A stretch of DNA of 40,749 nucleotides, from positions 1 to 40,749 of the IMG/VR virus record IMGVR_UViG_3300037484_000319; one strand, given 5' to 3'. The notes under the pieces are model-generated. The model did not search any database. It was not told the origin of the DNA and saw only the letters and a list, made by a program, of their open reading frames with translations. This stretch comes from a virus. Lineage: Duplodnaviria; Caudoviricetes. This document shows, in pieces, positions 1 to 8,104 of this stretch; the first letter of the stretch is position 1, and each line of letters begins with the position of its first letter. The translations under genes were made by a program, and so were the position numbers.

Positions 1-3
1 TCG

Positions 4-11
4 TGTATAAT
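4..11 (+). promoter_or_regulatory. Probable -10 element of the tRNA-His promoter
   Basis: TATAAT at 6-11, about 40 nt upstream of the tRNA; the -35 region lies outside the window. Confidence 0.5.
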
Positions 12-51
12 TCAGCCGCTGGACGCCGGGAGGCCTCTAGCGTTAGTTTGT

Positions 52-127
52 GGTGCCTGTAGCTCAATGGCAGAGCACTTGACTGTGGATCAAGTGGTTG
101 TGGGTTCGACCCCCATCAGGCACCCCA
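52..127 (+). tRNA. tRNA-His (GTG), encoded CCA, G-1
   Basis: Cloverleaf: G-1 plus acceptor GTGCCTG/CAGGCAC, D stem GCTC/GAGC, anticodon stem CTTGA/TCAAG with GTG at 85-87, T arm GTGGG-TTCGACC-CCCAT, discriminator C, CCA 125-127. Confidence 0.97.
83..127 (+). repeat. attL core (45 bp, 3' half of tRNA-His starting at the anticodon loop)
   Basis: ctgtggatcaagtggttgtgggttcgacccccatcaggcacccca is identical to 39899-39943. Confidence 0.95.
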
Positions 128-134
128 GAAGATC

Positions 135-183
135 AAAAAGGGCACTCCACCACCGTATATGGCGGTACAAGGAGTGCCTTTTT
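135..183 (+). terminator. Phage-supplied intrinsic terminator for the tRNA; its 3' arm contains the integrase SD
   Basis: Stem ggcactcc (141-148) / ggagtgcc (171-178) followed by TTTTT; AAGGAG at 169-174. Confidence 0.7.
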
Positions 184-1092
184 ATGTGCGATTTTAGCCA
201 CAACACATTAATCGATAAAGACATATTTACCTATTTGCTCGATTGCCAGGCACGTAATTTGTCACCCAACACTACTGACATTTATCAGATAGAGCTGAGA
301 CTGCTGGCAGAATATCTAAGCAGCTGCTCAGTATATGATGTTGCAAAAATCACTACCGAGCAACTACGTGCCTACTTCACCAACTTAGCAACCCGCCGTG
401 TCCCTGGTGGCGTCCATGGTGCATTTCGATCCACGCGTGCCTTCCTCAACTGGTGGGAACGGGAGTTCGAACCACCACCTACCTGGCGCAATCCAATCTC
501 TCGCCTCTCTGCGCCCAGGATCAATACCGAGCCACGCGCCGGTATCCCCATGGAAGATGTTAGGAAACTTCTGCTTACGTGTGAGAAGACGCTTGTGGGA
601 CAGAGAGACAGAGCAATTATATTAACCCTCCTGGACACTGGCTTGCGTAAGTCCGAGTTTGTATCGCTCATGATGGGAGATATTGATCTACCGACTGGCA
701 TAATTCATTTGCCGCGTGGCAAGGGTGGAAAATCGAGAGTCGTTTTTGTTGGTCTGGCAGCGCGTAAGGAAATCATGAAGTATCTACGTAAGAGGAAGGC
801 GTTTGATTTAAATTCCCCATTATGGATCAATAAAGACAATCAAACGCTTACACCTGCTGGTCTCCGTCAGATGATCCGGCGACGTTCCCAGATTGCAGGA
901 ATTAAAGACCCTGCACTGCACAGTTTTCGCCGCACGTTTGCGATCCAATGCCTGCGCAACGGCATGGACCTGGTAACTCTTGCCCGTCTGATGGGGCATG
1001 CAAATGTGTCGATCTTACAGAGATATTTGAAATTAGTTGAAGATGACCTGGCTGCCGCGCATGCATCTAAGGGTCCTGTTGATCATCTTTGA
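184..1092 (+). CDS. int: Tyrosine recombinase / phage integrase
   Basis: Catalytic motifs LDTGLRKSE (R), GKGGK (K), LHSFRRTFA (H-x-x-R), LMGH and QRY (Y); N-terminal SAM-like domain. Start reassigned to ATG 184 (SD at 169-174) because the track ORF from 67 runs through the tRNA. Confidence 0.95.
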   Translation: MCDFSHNTLIDKDIFTYLLDCQARNLSPNTTDIYQIELRLLAEYLSSCSVYDVAKITTEQLRAYFTNLATRRVPGGVHGAFRSTRAFLNWWEREFEPPPTWRNPISRLSAPRINTEPRAGIPMEDVRKLLLTCEKTLVGQRDRAIILTLLDTGLRKSEFVSLMMGDIDLPTGIIHLPRGKGGKSRVVFVGLAARKEIMKYLRKRKAFDLNSPLWINKDNQTLTPAGLRQMIRRRSQIAGIKDPALHSFRRTFAIQCLRNGMDLVTLARLMGHANVSILQRYLKLVEDDLAAAHASKGPVDHL

Positions 1093-1732
1093 TCATGTAT
1101 GACTCGATGTATGCCATTGGGTCTACGTTGTTATGGTTGTTCTCTACCATCCCGGGTGGACGTACCTCGAAGTGCAGGTGCGGTCCGGTAGTCTTTCCAC
1201 TTCCGGGCGCGCCCACTGCACCACCCGACAATCCTATGATGTCCCCGCACTTTACTACGTCCCCCGTCTTTACCAACGGCTTGCTCAGGTGAGCGTATAA
1301 GCTCAGGTATCCATCGTCGTGCTCGACCATCACGTAACAACCATACACTCCACTCTCCCAGACCACTTGCTTCGCTTTCCCATCACGGATTACATGGGTA
1401 GAAGTACCAACGCGGATAGCAAAATCAACTCCAACGTGCGGGTTACTCCCACCGTGCCCAAACGCCTGATAGATGGGTATGTCACCGTCCAGCGGATAAC
1501 AAACTTTAGTCTTTTCTTTATGTTCATCTGCGATGAACCGGATCTCTGTTTTTCCATTGTGTCCATGTATAAATTTAATGTCTTCTAAATTATCATAGAT
1601 AGCAATGGACTTTACGTCTGTTTTCCAACAGAGTACACATCTCCCATTTGTAAACTGGACTCCTTCTGCAACAGTCCCCACTCCGCTAACTCCACTTTCA
1701 TCTTCCAAACGCTCTAGTGTAAATAGCCTCAT
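1067..1732 (-). CDS. M23 family peptidase fused to an N-terminal small phage domain
   Basis: M23 zinc motifs HVGVDF (HxxxD), YAHLS and TGPHLHFEVR; N-terminal ~65 aa SGVSGxGxVAEGVxF...HGHNG module; overlaps the integrase 3' end by 26 bp. Confidence 0.85.
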   Translation of the reverse strand: MRLFTLERLEDESGVSGVGTVAEGVQFTNGRCVLCWKTDVKSIAIYDNLEDIKFIHGHNGKTEIRFIADEHKEKTKVCYPLDGDIPIYQAFGHGGSNPHVGVDFAIRVGTSTHVIRDGKAKQVVWESGVYGCYVMVEHDDGYLSLYAHLSKPLVKTGDVVKCGDIIGLSGGAVGAPGSGKTTGPHLHFEVRPPGMVENNHNNVDPMAYIESYMIKDDQQDP

Positions 1733-1884
1733 GTCAGCCTCTCTCTATAGTGTCATTGCGCGTTATACCGAGCTATGTGCAATAAATCATGCAATGGTTT
1801 TTCTTTCCAGGCGTGAAAAAGTCCGGAAACGAACTCGGATCCTGATCACCGGTGGGCCGATCGCATCATTTTTCTTTGCATGCA

Positions 1885-2727
1885 TTAGCTAATCGCCCTC
1901 ACCACATCCGCCGACACGTGGAACATGCCCGCACGCCTGGTTGTAGGCCCGCTCGCAAATGTCACCTGTATCTCGAAACACAGATTGCTCTCTGCCCGCA
2001 GGTCTTTTGTCACGATTGCCTTCACCACCAGCGTCCCCGTCCCCCCGGTCAGCGGCACGTCCGGCGTCAGGCTCCCATCCGTGCTCGCATACGGATCCGC
2101 CACCGCCGCCCCGTTCACCCGCAGCAGCCCATCCGTTAATCCGCTCGCGTTCTTGCGTACCCACAAGATAGACTCCGTGTCCGCGTTAGACTTATCCTGC
2201 TTGATCATGAAGTCGATGCTCACGTAATCCGTCAGGTCACCCAATCCCGTCAGCGCAATCGACCAGTAATCTCCCCGGTATTTCGTGATCGAGCCTGCCG
2301 TCACATTATCCAGGATCGCCGAGCTTGCTGCCAATGTTGCCGCCACCGCCGCCAGTGCCGCCGCCGTCGCCGCGTCCAGCTCGAAGAATCGCACCATAGT
2401 GTCCGGTGTGGTCGTATCTCCCGCCAGGCCGTCGATGTATGCCCTCACCACATCCCCGCTCCGTACCGTGATGAAGATCGACTGTCCACCAATTGTCGTC
2501 TCACCTGCCGCCGCCGTTGCAGTTGTTTTAGGCAAAAGCACATATTCTGACCCCGCCCCGCCCACCTGCAGTGTCACATAGAACACATAATCCCCGCCCC
2601 CCGCCACCTGGTCCGCCAGCAATTGCGCCAGGATCATCCGGTCCCCGTCTGCCGTATATGCCCCAATCGCCAGCGCGCTCGAAATGTTCTGGTTGCTTAG
2701 AACGTCAGTCTCAATCCATCTGGTCAA
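1885..2727 (-). CDS. Virion structural / tail-associated protein (two beta-rich domains with an Ala-rich linker; C-terminal domain BppU-like)
   Basis: Long Gly/Thr/Ala-rich ORF at the end of the tail module; SD AAGGAAGG; C-terminal YRGD...FEIQV...G.F.V..DV pattern. Confidence 0.6.
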   Translation of the reverse strand: MTRWIETDVLSNQNISSALAIGAYTADGDRMILAQLLADQVAGGGDYVFYVTLQVGGAGSEYVLLPKTTATAAAGETTIGGQSIFITVRSGDVVRAYIDGLAGDTTTPDTMVRFFELDAATAAALAAVAATLAASSAILDNVTAGSITKYRGDYWSIALTGLGDLTDYVSIDFMIKQDKSNADTESILWVRKNASGLTDGLLRVNGAAVADPYASTDGSLTPDVPLTGGTGTLVVKAIVTKDLRAESNLCFEIQVTFASGPTTRRAGMFHVSADVVRAIS

Positions 2728-2739
2728 ATTACACCTTCC

Positions 2740-3123
2740 TTAATTTGCATGTTGGCTCGCCTCCAGCTTCATATGGCAATCTTGGCAGCACCACACAACG
2801 TCAAGCGGCTTAGAGTAATCGTTATGGTGTCCCTGAATAATATCGGCTGGTGTATCGCAAACCCCACAGGTATTGGGCTTGTCAATCTTTCTCACTTTCA
2901 ACGCATAATAGAGCGCGTTCCATGCCCTGCGCTGGGGAGTGATGGTCTGGTCTTTTGCGCGCCGTTTGTACTGTGCCACCAACAGCATATCCTTATTCGC
3001 CCGCCTGTACTCACGCTTGCAGTCGCGGCATTGTGAAGTCACCCCCTGCGGTCTGCGCTGATCGGCCGTAAACTTATTGATTTGTAGTTCCCGCTTACAC
3101 TTTGTGCATACTTTGGTCTGCAT
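2740..3123 (-). CDS. Zn-finger / HNH-like phage nuclease
   Basis: CTKC...CRDC N-terminal finger; CGVC...GHHNDYSKPLDVVWCCQDCH C-terminal motif. Confidence 0.7.
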   Translation of the reverse strand: MQTKVCTKCKRELQINKFTADQRRPQGVTSQCRDCKREYRRANKDMLLVAQYKRRAKDQTITPQRRAWNALYYALKVRKIDKPNTCGVCDTPADIIQGHHNDYSKPLDVVWCCQDCHMKLEASQHAN

Positions 3124-3125
3124 GA

Positions 3126-4454
3126 TTATGCTCCTCTTACTAGCCGGCCGCCGACGGTGATGTACGCATTCGAGGAAGCGACAAACAGGTACCAGAACGA
3201 CAACCCGGCAAAACCTCCAACATCCCAGCCGCCGCCCAACAGGGCAATTCGCTGCGCAGCGGCTCTATAGTAGTAATCCGCGTAATAGGTCGTCGATCCA
3301 CCTCCAACTGCGGTCGGAAACTCAGCAAATGGGCAGGCTGCGTCGAAACCCATCACCGTTGGGTATCCATCTCCTGTCCCGTAATTCACAAAGCTCAGCT
3401 GCTCGTAGGGTGCGGCGAACACATTACTGGCGTAATCCGCCGGCGTCCTGCACACCCATGCCTGGAAATCGTTGATGTTCACGCCATCCACGAACTGGTA
3501 AATATTTCCCCACGGGTTCTCTATCCCGCGGTACTTGCATGGGTATTTCCCGCTTGAGTTGCTGGTCAGGCTGCCTGATGCAGCCACCACCCCATCTGTC
3601 GCCCCCGATTTCCAGCCTAGAGAATATATGATGTTTCCAACAGACACGTTGAACGGCGCGCCGTCAACGGTGATAGCTTTATTGGAGGCGTCGTACACGG
3701 CAATGGACTGGATCACGCGGTTTGAAAATATCTGGTTGCCGCCGAGCGACGTACCCAGCCCCACCGTCTGTCCCACCACGAACAAAGCTGCTGTGGCATT
3801 GGCTACGATAATCCGATTGACCGCGTTCTCTGCCACGGTTGCTGTGTGTCCTACGGCATAAGCCCCCGCGGTCAGCCCGGACATCTTTGACTGGCTATGC
3901 AGAGTGGCAAATTCGACGTAGAACAGGGTGCGGATCAAATCTACTACATGAATATCCATCTGGTAATAGCTTGCGCCGTTAGCCTCCGCAAATGTCCTGA
4001 AGTTAACGATGGTATTGCTAACCAGTGGGAATGCCCCCGACACGCTTTGCAGGACCGCCGCGGCTTTGGAAGCGTTGTACTTGCCAACATCCACGTAACT
4101 TGCGCCCGCAAAACAGGCGGGGAGATATGCCCCCGCGAAGTAGCCCTGTGAAACCTGCCATGTTCTAGCCGCACCTACCGCCGTCTTTTTGATGTAGAAT
4201 TTTGGGATGCGGACGAACTTGTTTCCTAGGCCGTCTGTCACATCGGTCATATCCGACCAAGGATAAATGCTGTCGAAGTCGTTCACCACCGGTGTCGCAT
4301 CCACCCCGGCGTTGGCAGTCAATCCCACCGCCGCATCCGTCCTCGTCAGTGTGGGCGTTGCCAGGCCATCCCACGATGCCCCGTAGATGTCCGGCACAGC
4401 TCCCCCTCCGAACAGGGGCGCAAATGGTTTACCAAATGGCGCGCTAAATGTCAT
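3126..4454 (-). CDS. Tail fibre / receptor-binding protein with C-terminal C-type-lectin-fold (Mtd/FGE-like) domain and DGR-type variable region
   Basis: FVRIPKFY, YRGIENPWGNIYQFVDG and terminal GGxW...AG...W.L....SNA....GGRL motifs typical of DGR target proteins. Confidence 0.8.
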   Translation of the reverse strand: MTFSAPFGKPFAPLFGGGAVPDIYGASWDGLATPTLTRTDAAVGLTANAGVDATPVVNDFDSIYPWSDMTDVTDGLGNKFVRIPKFYIKKTAVGAARTWQVSQGYFAGAYLPACFAGASYVDVGKYNASKAAAVLQSVSGAFPLVSNTIVNFRTFAEANGASYYQMDIHVVDLIRTLFYVEFATLHSQSKMSGLTAGAYAVGHTATVAENAVNRIIVANATAALFVVGQTVGLGTSLGGNQIFSNRVIQSIAVYDASNKAITVDGAPFNVSVGNIIYSLGWKSGATDGVVAASGSLTSNSSGKYPCKYRGIENPWGNIYQFVDGVNINDFQAWVCRTPADYASNVFAAPYEQLSFVNYGTGDGYPTVMGFDAACPFAEFPTAVGGGSTTYYADYYYRAAAQRIALLGGGWDVGGFAGLSFWYLFVASSNAYITVGGRLVRGA

Positions 4455-4469
4455 TTGCTTCCTCCATCC

Positions 4470-4550
4470 TCACACCAATCCCAGCTCCCTCATCCCCGCC
4501 AGCACGCCCGTGCGCGCCGACGCCTGCTCCATCCCCGTGCCGTTAAACAT
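4470..4550 (-). CDS. 26-aa micro-ORF or gene remnant (MFNGTGMEQASARTGVLAGMRELGLV)
   Basis: Own GAGG SD; fills the gap between the tail genes. Confidence 0.35.
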   Translation of the reverse strand: MFNGTGMEQASARTGVLAGMRELGLV

Positions 4551-4557
4551 AGTTACC

Positions 4558-6549
4558 TCACAGTTGCGTCATCACCGGTGGTGTCAAGAAACCCCACCAG
4601 ACCAACTCGACCATTACAAGCACATTTGCCGTCCCAGGGCTCGACCCGATGATATCAACATTAAATTGAATATCATTTAGATATTCGCTCGTTTCCAGCA
4701 CTGTCATCGTAACAGTCGCAATACTCCTTACTATTCCATTCGTGGCCGCAACGGCCGTTTCCATTACCTCTGAAACCGCGCTGTTTACTCCTGTGCCGGC
4801 GTCGAGCATCGCCCGGCAAAACTGTGCTGTGAAACCCCTCGTCGCCACGTTCGTTGATGCTTCATTCACGCTATGTCCGATCATGGCATGCACAAACACA
4901 GAATATCCGCCACCATCATGTGAACCGGACTCATTGGCCGTTGCGATCCGGAAGACCGACGTGGCCACCGCATCGGTGACCGTTTTCTGAAACACCGCCC
5001 GGATCACCTGACTCGCCTGGGCAATCTTGCCGGATACGGCTATATTTGCCGTACTCACATCTCCGGTGATTTGAGCATTTCCGGAAACTGACAGGCTATC
5101 AAAGCTCGCATTCCCGCCCACAGAGCCTGCGTCGACACCCTGCTCGTGCGTACTCAGATTCTGCGTCTGCGTCATCCCGCTCAGTGTGAAGCTCTGTGCC
5201 GTTGTTGGCCAGGCATCCACAGTTGCTACAACCAGATCTACCGAGCGCAACCCGTGAGAATCGATCTTGGTGCGTGACTCCAGCACAATCAAATCAGTAT
5301 CGATATTTAGTGCCTGATAACCATCGATCCAACGCTGGTAGATCACCCGCATGAGCTCGCCAGGTAAAATCTCGCTATCTAGCTTTGTGATTGAGAGTCT
5401 GTATGCTTTTTGGATTGTCTTCGCGCGTCTGAGATATTCATAGGTCTGCTCGTATAGTTCATCCACATCGTCAATATCTTTAAATATGATTCTCCGCTCG
5501 ATCCCATAGGATGACCAGGTCGATGTATGCTCGAGGTAATAGCCCTTCCCAGCTACCGAGCCAAGCGCGTACCCGCTGGGTGGTGTGATGGTCACCCCAT
5601 TTAATTCATACTTTGCAGACCCGATCCCCGATCCAATTGCATATACTCGCCCAATCAGACCATCATAGCCATCTTCGATCTCTTCGAGGCTGGTGATCAG
5701 GGCAATATTAGGATTGTCTGCAATCTTGCCTGGATCTCCCGATTGCACCGCACGTATTCCACTATGCGGGTTGACCACCACCGTGAGTGTGGTCGTTGCA
5801 CCGGAGCTGCCCCCAGTGACTGGCTCGAGCGCAAAACTTCCGCTAACATCTTCAAGATATAGCGATTCCAGTGGGCCGTCGATATAGTTTTCTCGGTATA
5901 TACCTGTTGCACCAGAGATGCCCCCGGTCACTGTCTCGCCTGCCGTAAATGGGCCGCCGATGATGAGCCCGTGGGTCAACTTTGCACTGCCCACTTTGCG
6001 CAGCCAGGTAATTTCTCTTCCAGATCCTAGCCTGAATTGTTCCCCAGTTAATTCTGCAAGCCTGTAGAACGCCTCCAGGACGGTTTCCCCATCATATGTG
6101 TGATAAATGGCCTTGTAGGTCTTTTTAAAGCCGCCTGAGCCGTCCAGACTCCACCCAGACGGTGCCAGCGCGATCAGCGTCTCAGCGCCCGTGTTTACCG
6201 GCACAGCTTTCGTCCCAATTGCCGTCGTACCCACGTGTAAATATACTAACTCTCTAAATAGGTCATCGCCGGAGATCTCAAGATCAATTAGATCTGATTT
6301 TGGTGAGCGTTTGATGCTGTCGATAATCCCCGCGCCGAGATCTGCAACTGCGCTCAGTATGATGGTTCTACACCTGGCTACGAACTTCAGGCTTGCCAGG
6401 CTGGCCCGCTCGTCGTTGCCAGGCAATCTGAATCGAAAATCCCCCGCCTCACTCAGGCGCCGGGTCTGTTCCCAGTCCTGGGCCGTGTAGATCGGCCCAG
6501 CGCCTTGTTTGCTGCCTGAGGAGTCTTCGATGTCGATCCAGAATCGCAT
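4558..6549 (-). CDS. Tail tip / baseplate hub protein (Tal/endopeptidase-tail-like) with C-terminal extension
   Basis: Position downstream of Dit; N-terminal W...RRLSEAGDF.F.LP pattern; start moved to ATG 6549 (TAATG overlap with the upstream stop). Confidence 0.7.
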   Translation of the reverse strand: MRFWIDIEDSSGSKQGAGPIYTAQDWEQTRRLSEAGDFRFRLPGNDERASLASLKFVARCRTIILSAVADLGAGIIDSIKRSPKSDLIDLEISGDDLFRELVYLHVGTTAIGTKAVPVNTGAETLIALAPSGWSLDGSGGFKKTYKAIYHTYDGETVLEAFYRLAELTGEQFRLGSGREITWLRKVGSAKLTHGLIIGGPFTAGETVTGGISGATGIYRENYIDGPLESLYLEDVSGSFALEPVTGGSSGATTTLTVVVNPHSGIRAVQSGDPGKIADNPNIALITSLEEIEDGYDGLIGRVYAIGSGIGSAKYELNGVTITPPSGYALGSVAGKGYYLEHTSTWSSYGIERRIIFKDIDDVDELYEQTYEYLRRAKTIQKAYRLSITKLDSEILPGELMRVIYQRWIDGYQALNIDTDLIVLESRTKIDSHGLRSVDLVVATVDAWPTTAQSFTLSGMTQTQNLSTHEQGVDAGSVGGNASFDSLSVSGNAQITGDVSTANIAVSGKIAQASQVIRAVFQKTVTDAVATSVFRIATANESGSHDGGGYSVFVHAMIGHSVNEASTNVATRGFTAQFCRAMLDAGTGVNSAVSEVMETAVAATNGIVRSIATVTMTVLETSEYLNDIQFNVDIIGSSPGTANVLVMVELVWWGFLTPPVMTQL

Positions 6550-7688
6550 TAATTGCCTCGCCTGACGGCTAAAGCCCAATAACCGCCGCCTGGATCGCTG
6601 GCAGGCACGGCTTTGATGACCAGCCATCCGATCGGCATATCATATCCGGCATTCAAGGTCGTTCCGTTTGGCCCAAAGACCGCCGTTGTTCCGCTGACAA
6701 TCGTCGCCGTGGCGATCTGCCAGAAGTCGAAATTGTCTCCGATCGGCTTCTTAGGAACGCCAAAAGCCAGCCTTGCCTTATCCGGCACTGCATAAAGTGT
6801 AACTGCCAGATCGATAGTTAACATGTTTTTGACGAACGCGCTGAAGGTGCGGTATCCACCGTATAGATTGGGCAGCGCACCGATCACATCGTTGATCGGG
6901 ATGTAGATCCAGATCGGTGTGGTGTCGAACAGCGCATCTGCCCCATTGAAATATTTTCCAACATTTGCCAGCGTGTTCAGCACATCGGTTGGATCGCCAT
7001 CATTCGCCGAGCGGATGCCATACCAATCATCGGTTTGCCCTGCCCAAACAGTTATATCACCGGTGATCCCGTGCACCGCACCATAGGTATATCGCTGGTG
7101 GGTCAAGACTGCCGGGAGTGTGTCTTCGCTCAATGACACTGGCGTTGAAGTTTGGTCACTCGCCAGTACCACCGCCAGGCTGGCTGCCATTGTCTTCTGT
7201 CCCAAACTTGCCGGGAATCGCGATAGGTAGTTGACCGTCAGTTTCACCAGCCCGCGCAGCTTGCCCGAGAGTGTGCCTGTCGTGTCCGTGTCCACTGCCG
7301 CGTCGGCAACTGCTCCCTCGGTTACATTGCTCCCAGAGGCTACCGAACCAGGCACCGCCGTCTGGTTGTTTGCGATCGCTACCGGCATGCTGGCTGCCAT
7401 CGTGGTTTGTCCCAACCCCGCCGGGATGCCTGGGCTGTCCACTGTCAGGCTGGCTGCATTATCGGTCACTGGCAGCGCGTTCTCATCGCTTGCCAATGTC
7501 ATCGACATGCTGGCCGCTTTGGTTTTCTGTCCCAGGGTTGCCGGCAGTTGTGCCGCCGTTACCGCCAGCGCATCCTCATCGCTCGCCAATGTCACTCCCA
7601 GCGCCGTCGCTTTGGTCTTCTGCCCCAGGGCTGTCATGCCCAGGATACTAACAATCTTGTTGGCCACCGGCCCCAAAAAACCACTCAT
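6549..7688 (-). CDS. Tail structural protein with four LGQxTxAxS..V.LASD repeats
   Basis: Four visible peptide repeats; SD AGGAGG at 7695-7700. Confidence 0.7.
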   Translation of the reverse strand: MSGFLGPVANKIVSILGMTALGQKTKATALGVTLASDEDALAVTAAQLPATLGQKTKAASMSMTLASDENALPVTDNAASLTVDSPGIPAGLGQTTMAASMPVAIANNQTAVPGSVASGSNVTEGAVADAAVDTDTTGTLSGKLRGLVKLTVNYLSRFPASLGQKTMAASLAVVLASDQTSTPVSLSEDTLPAVLTHQRYTYGAVHGITGDITVWAGQTDDWYGIRSANDGDPTDVLNTLANVGKYFNGADALFDTTPIWIYIPINDVIGALPNLYGGYRTFSAFVKNMLTIDLAVTLYAVPDKARLAFGVPKKPIGDNFDFWQIATATIVSGTTAVFGPNGTTLNAGYDMPIGWLVIKAVPASDPGGGYWALAVRRGN

Positions 7689-7700
7689 AATCAACCTCCT

Positions 7701-8102
7701 CTACGCTACACTGAGCGTCATACGTGTTGTGATTTGTCCGTTTGCATTGCGCACTAACCCGCCCCCGGTTAATGTCAGTCCACTATCGACATGCGTCAGG
7801 CTCAACGCCGTCGGCTCTAACCACGTGCCGTCGATCGTCGTCGCCGTGTATACTCCCGCCGATCCGTCCGGCCAGGTGACGTTGACCGTCTTGATCACGT
7901 CCGTGTAGGTCACGTCATAGGTCGGGTTGCCGGTCATGCGCCCCAGGGCGTCCTGCCAATGGGCAAAGAGATAATTGGACAGCGCGTCTGCGCCGCCGCC
8001 CTGCGTGCCAATCGCCGCGTCCAGTTCGCCTAATGGCGTATTGATTTCGCTGGCATTTGCCGCAAATCCCGCTACTTTCGGGGTATGATAATTTGCTGTC
8101 AT
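7701..8102 (-). CDS. Minor tail protein (hypothetical)
   Basis: ORF with SD (GAGGT) in the tail operon; Thr/Gly-rich. Confidence 0.6.
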   Translation of the reverse strand: MTANYHTPKVAGFAANASEINTPLGELDAAIGTQGGGADALSNYLFAHWQDALGRMTGNPTYDVTYTDVIKTVNVTWPDGSAGVYTATTIDGTWLEPTALSLTHVDSGLTLTGGGLVRNANGQITTRMTLSVA

Positions 8103-8104
8103 GC

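Noticed and set aside
67-183. N-terminal 39-aa extension of the integrase in the ORF track
   Set aside because: It runs through the tRNA and terminator; ATG 184 has a proper SD
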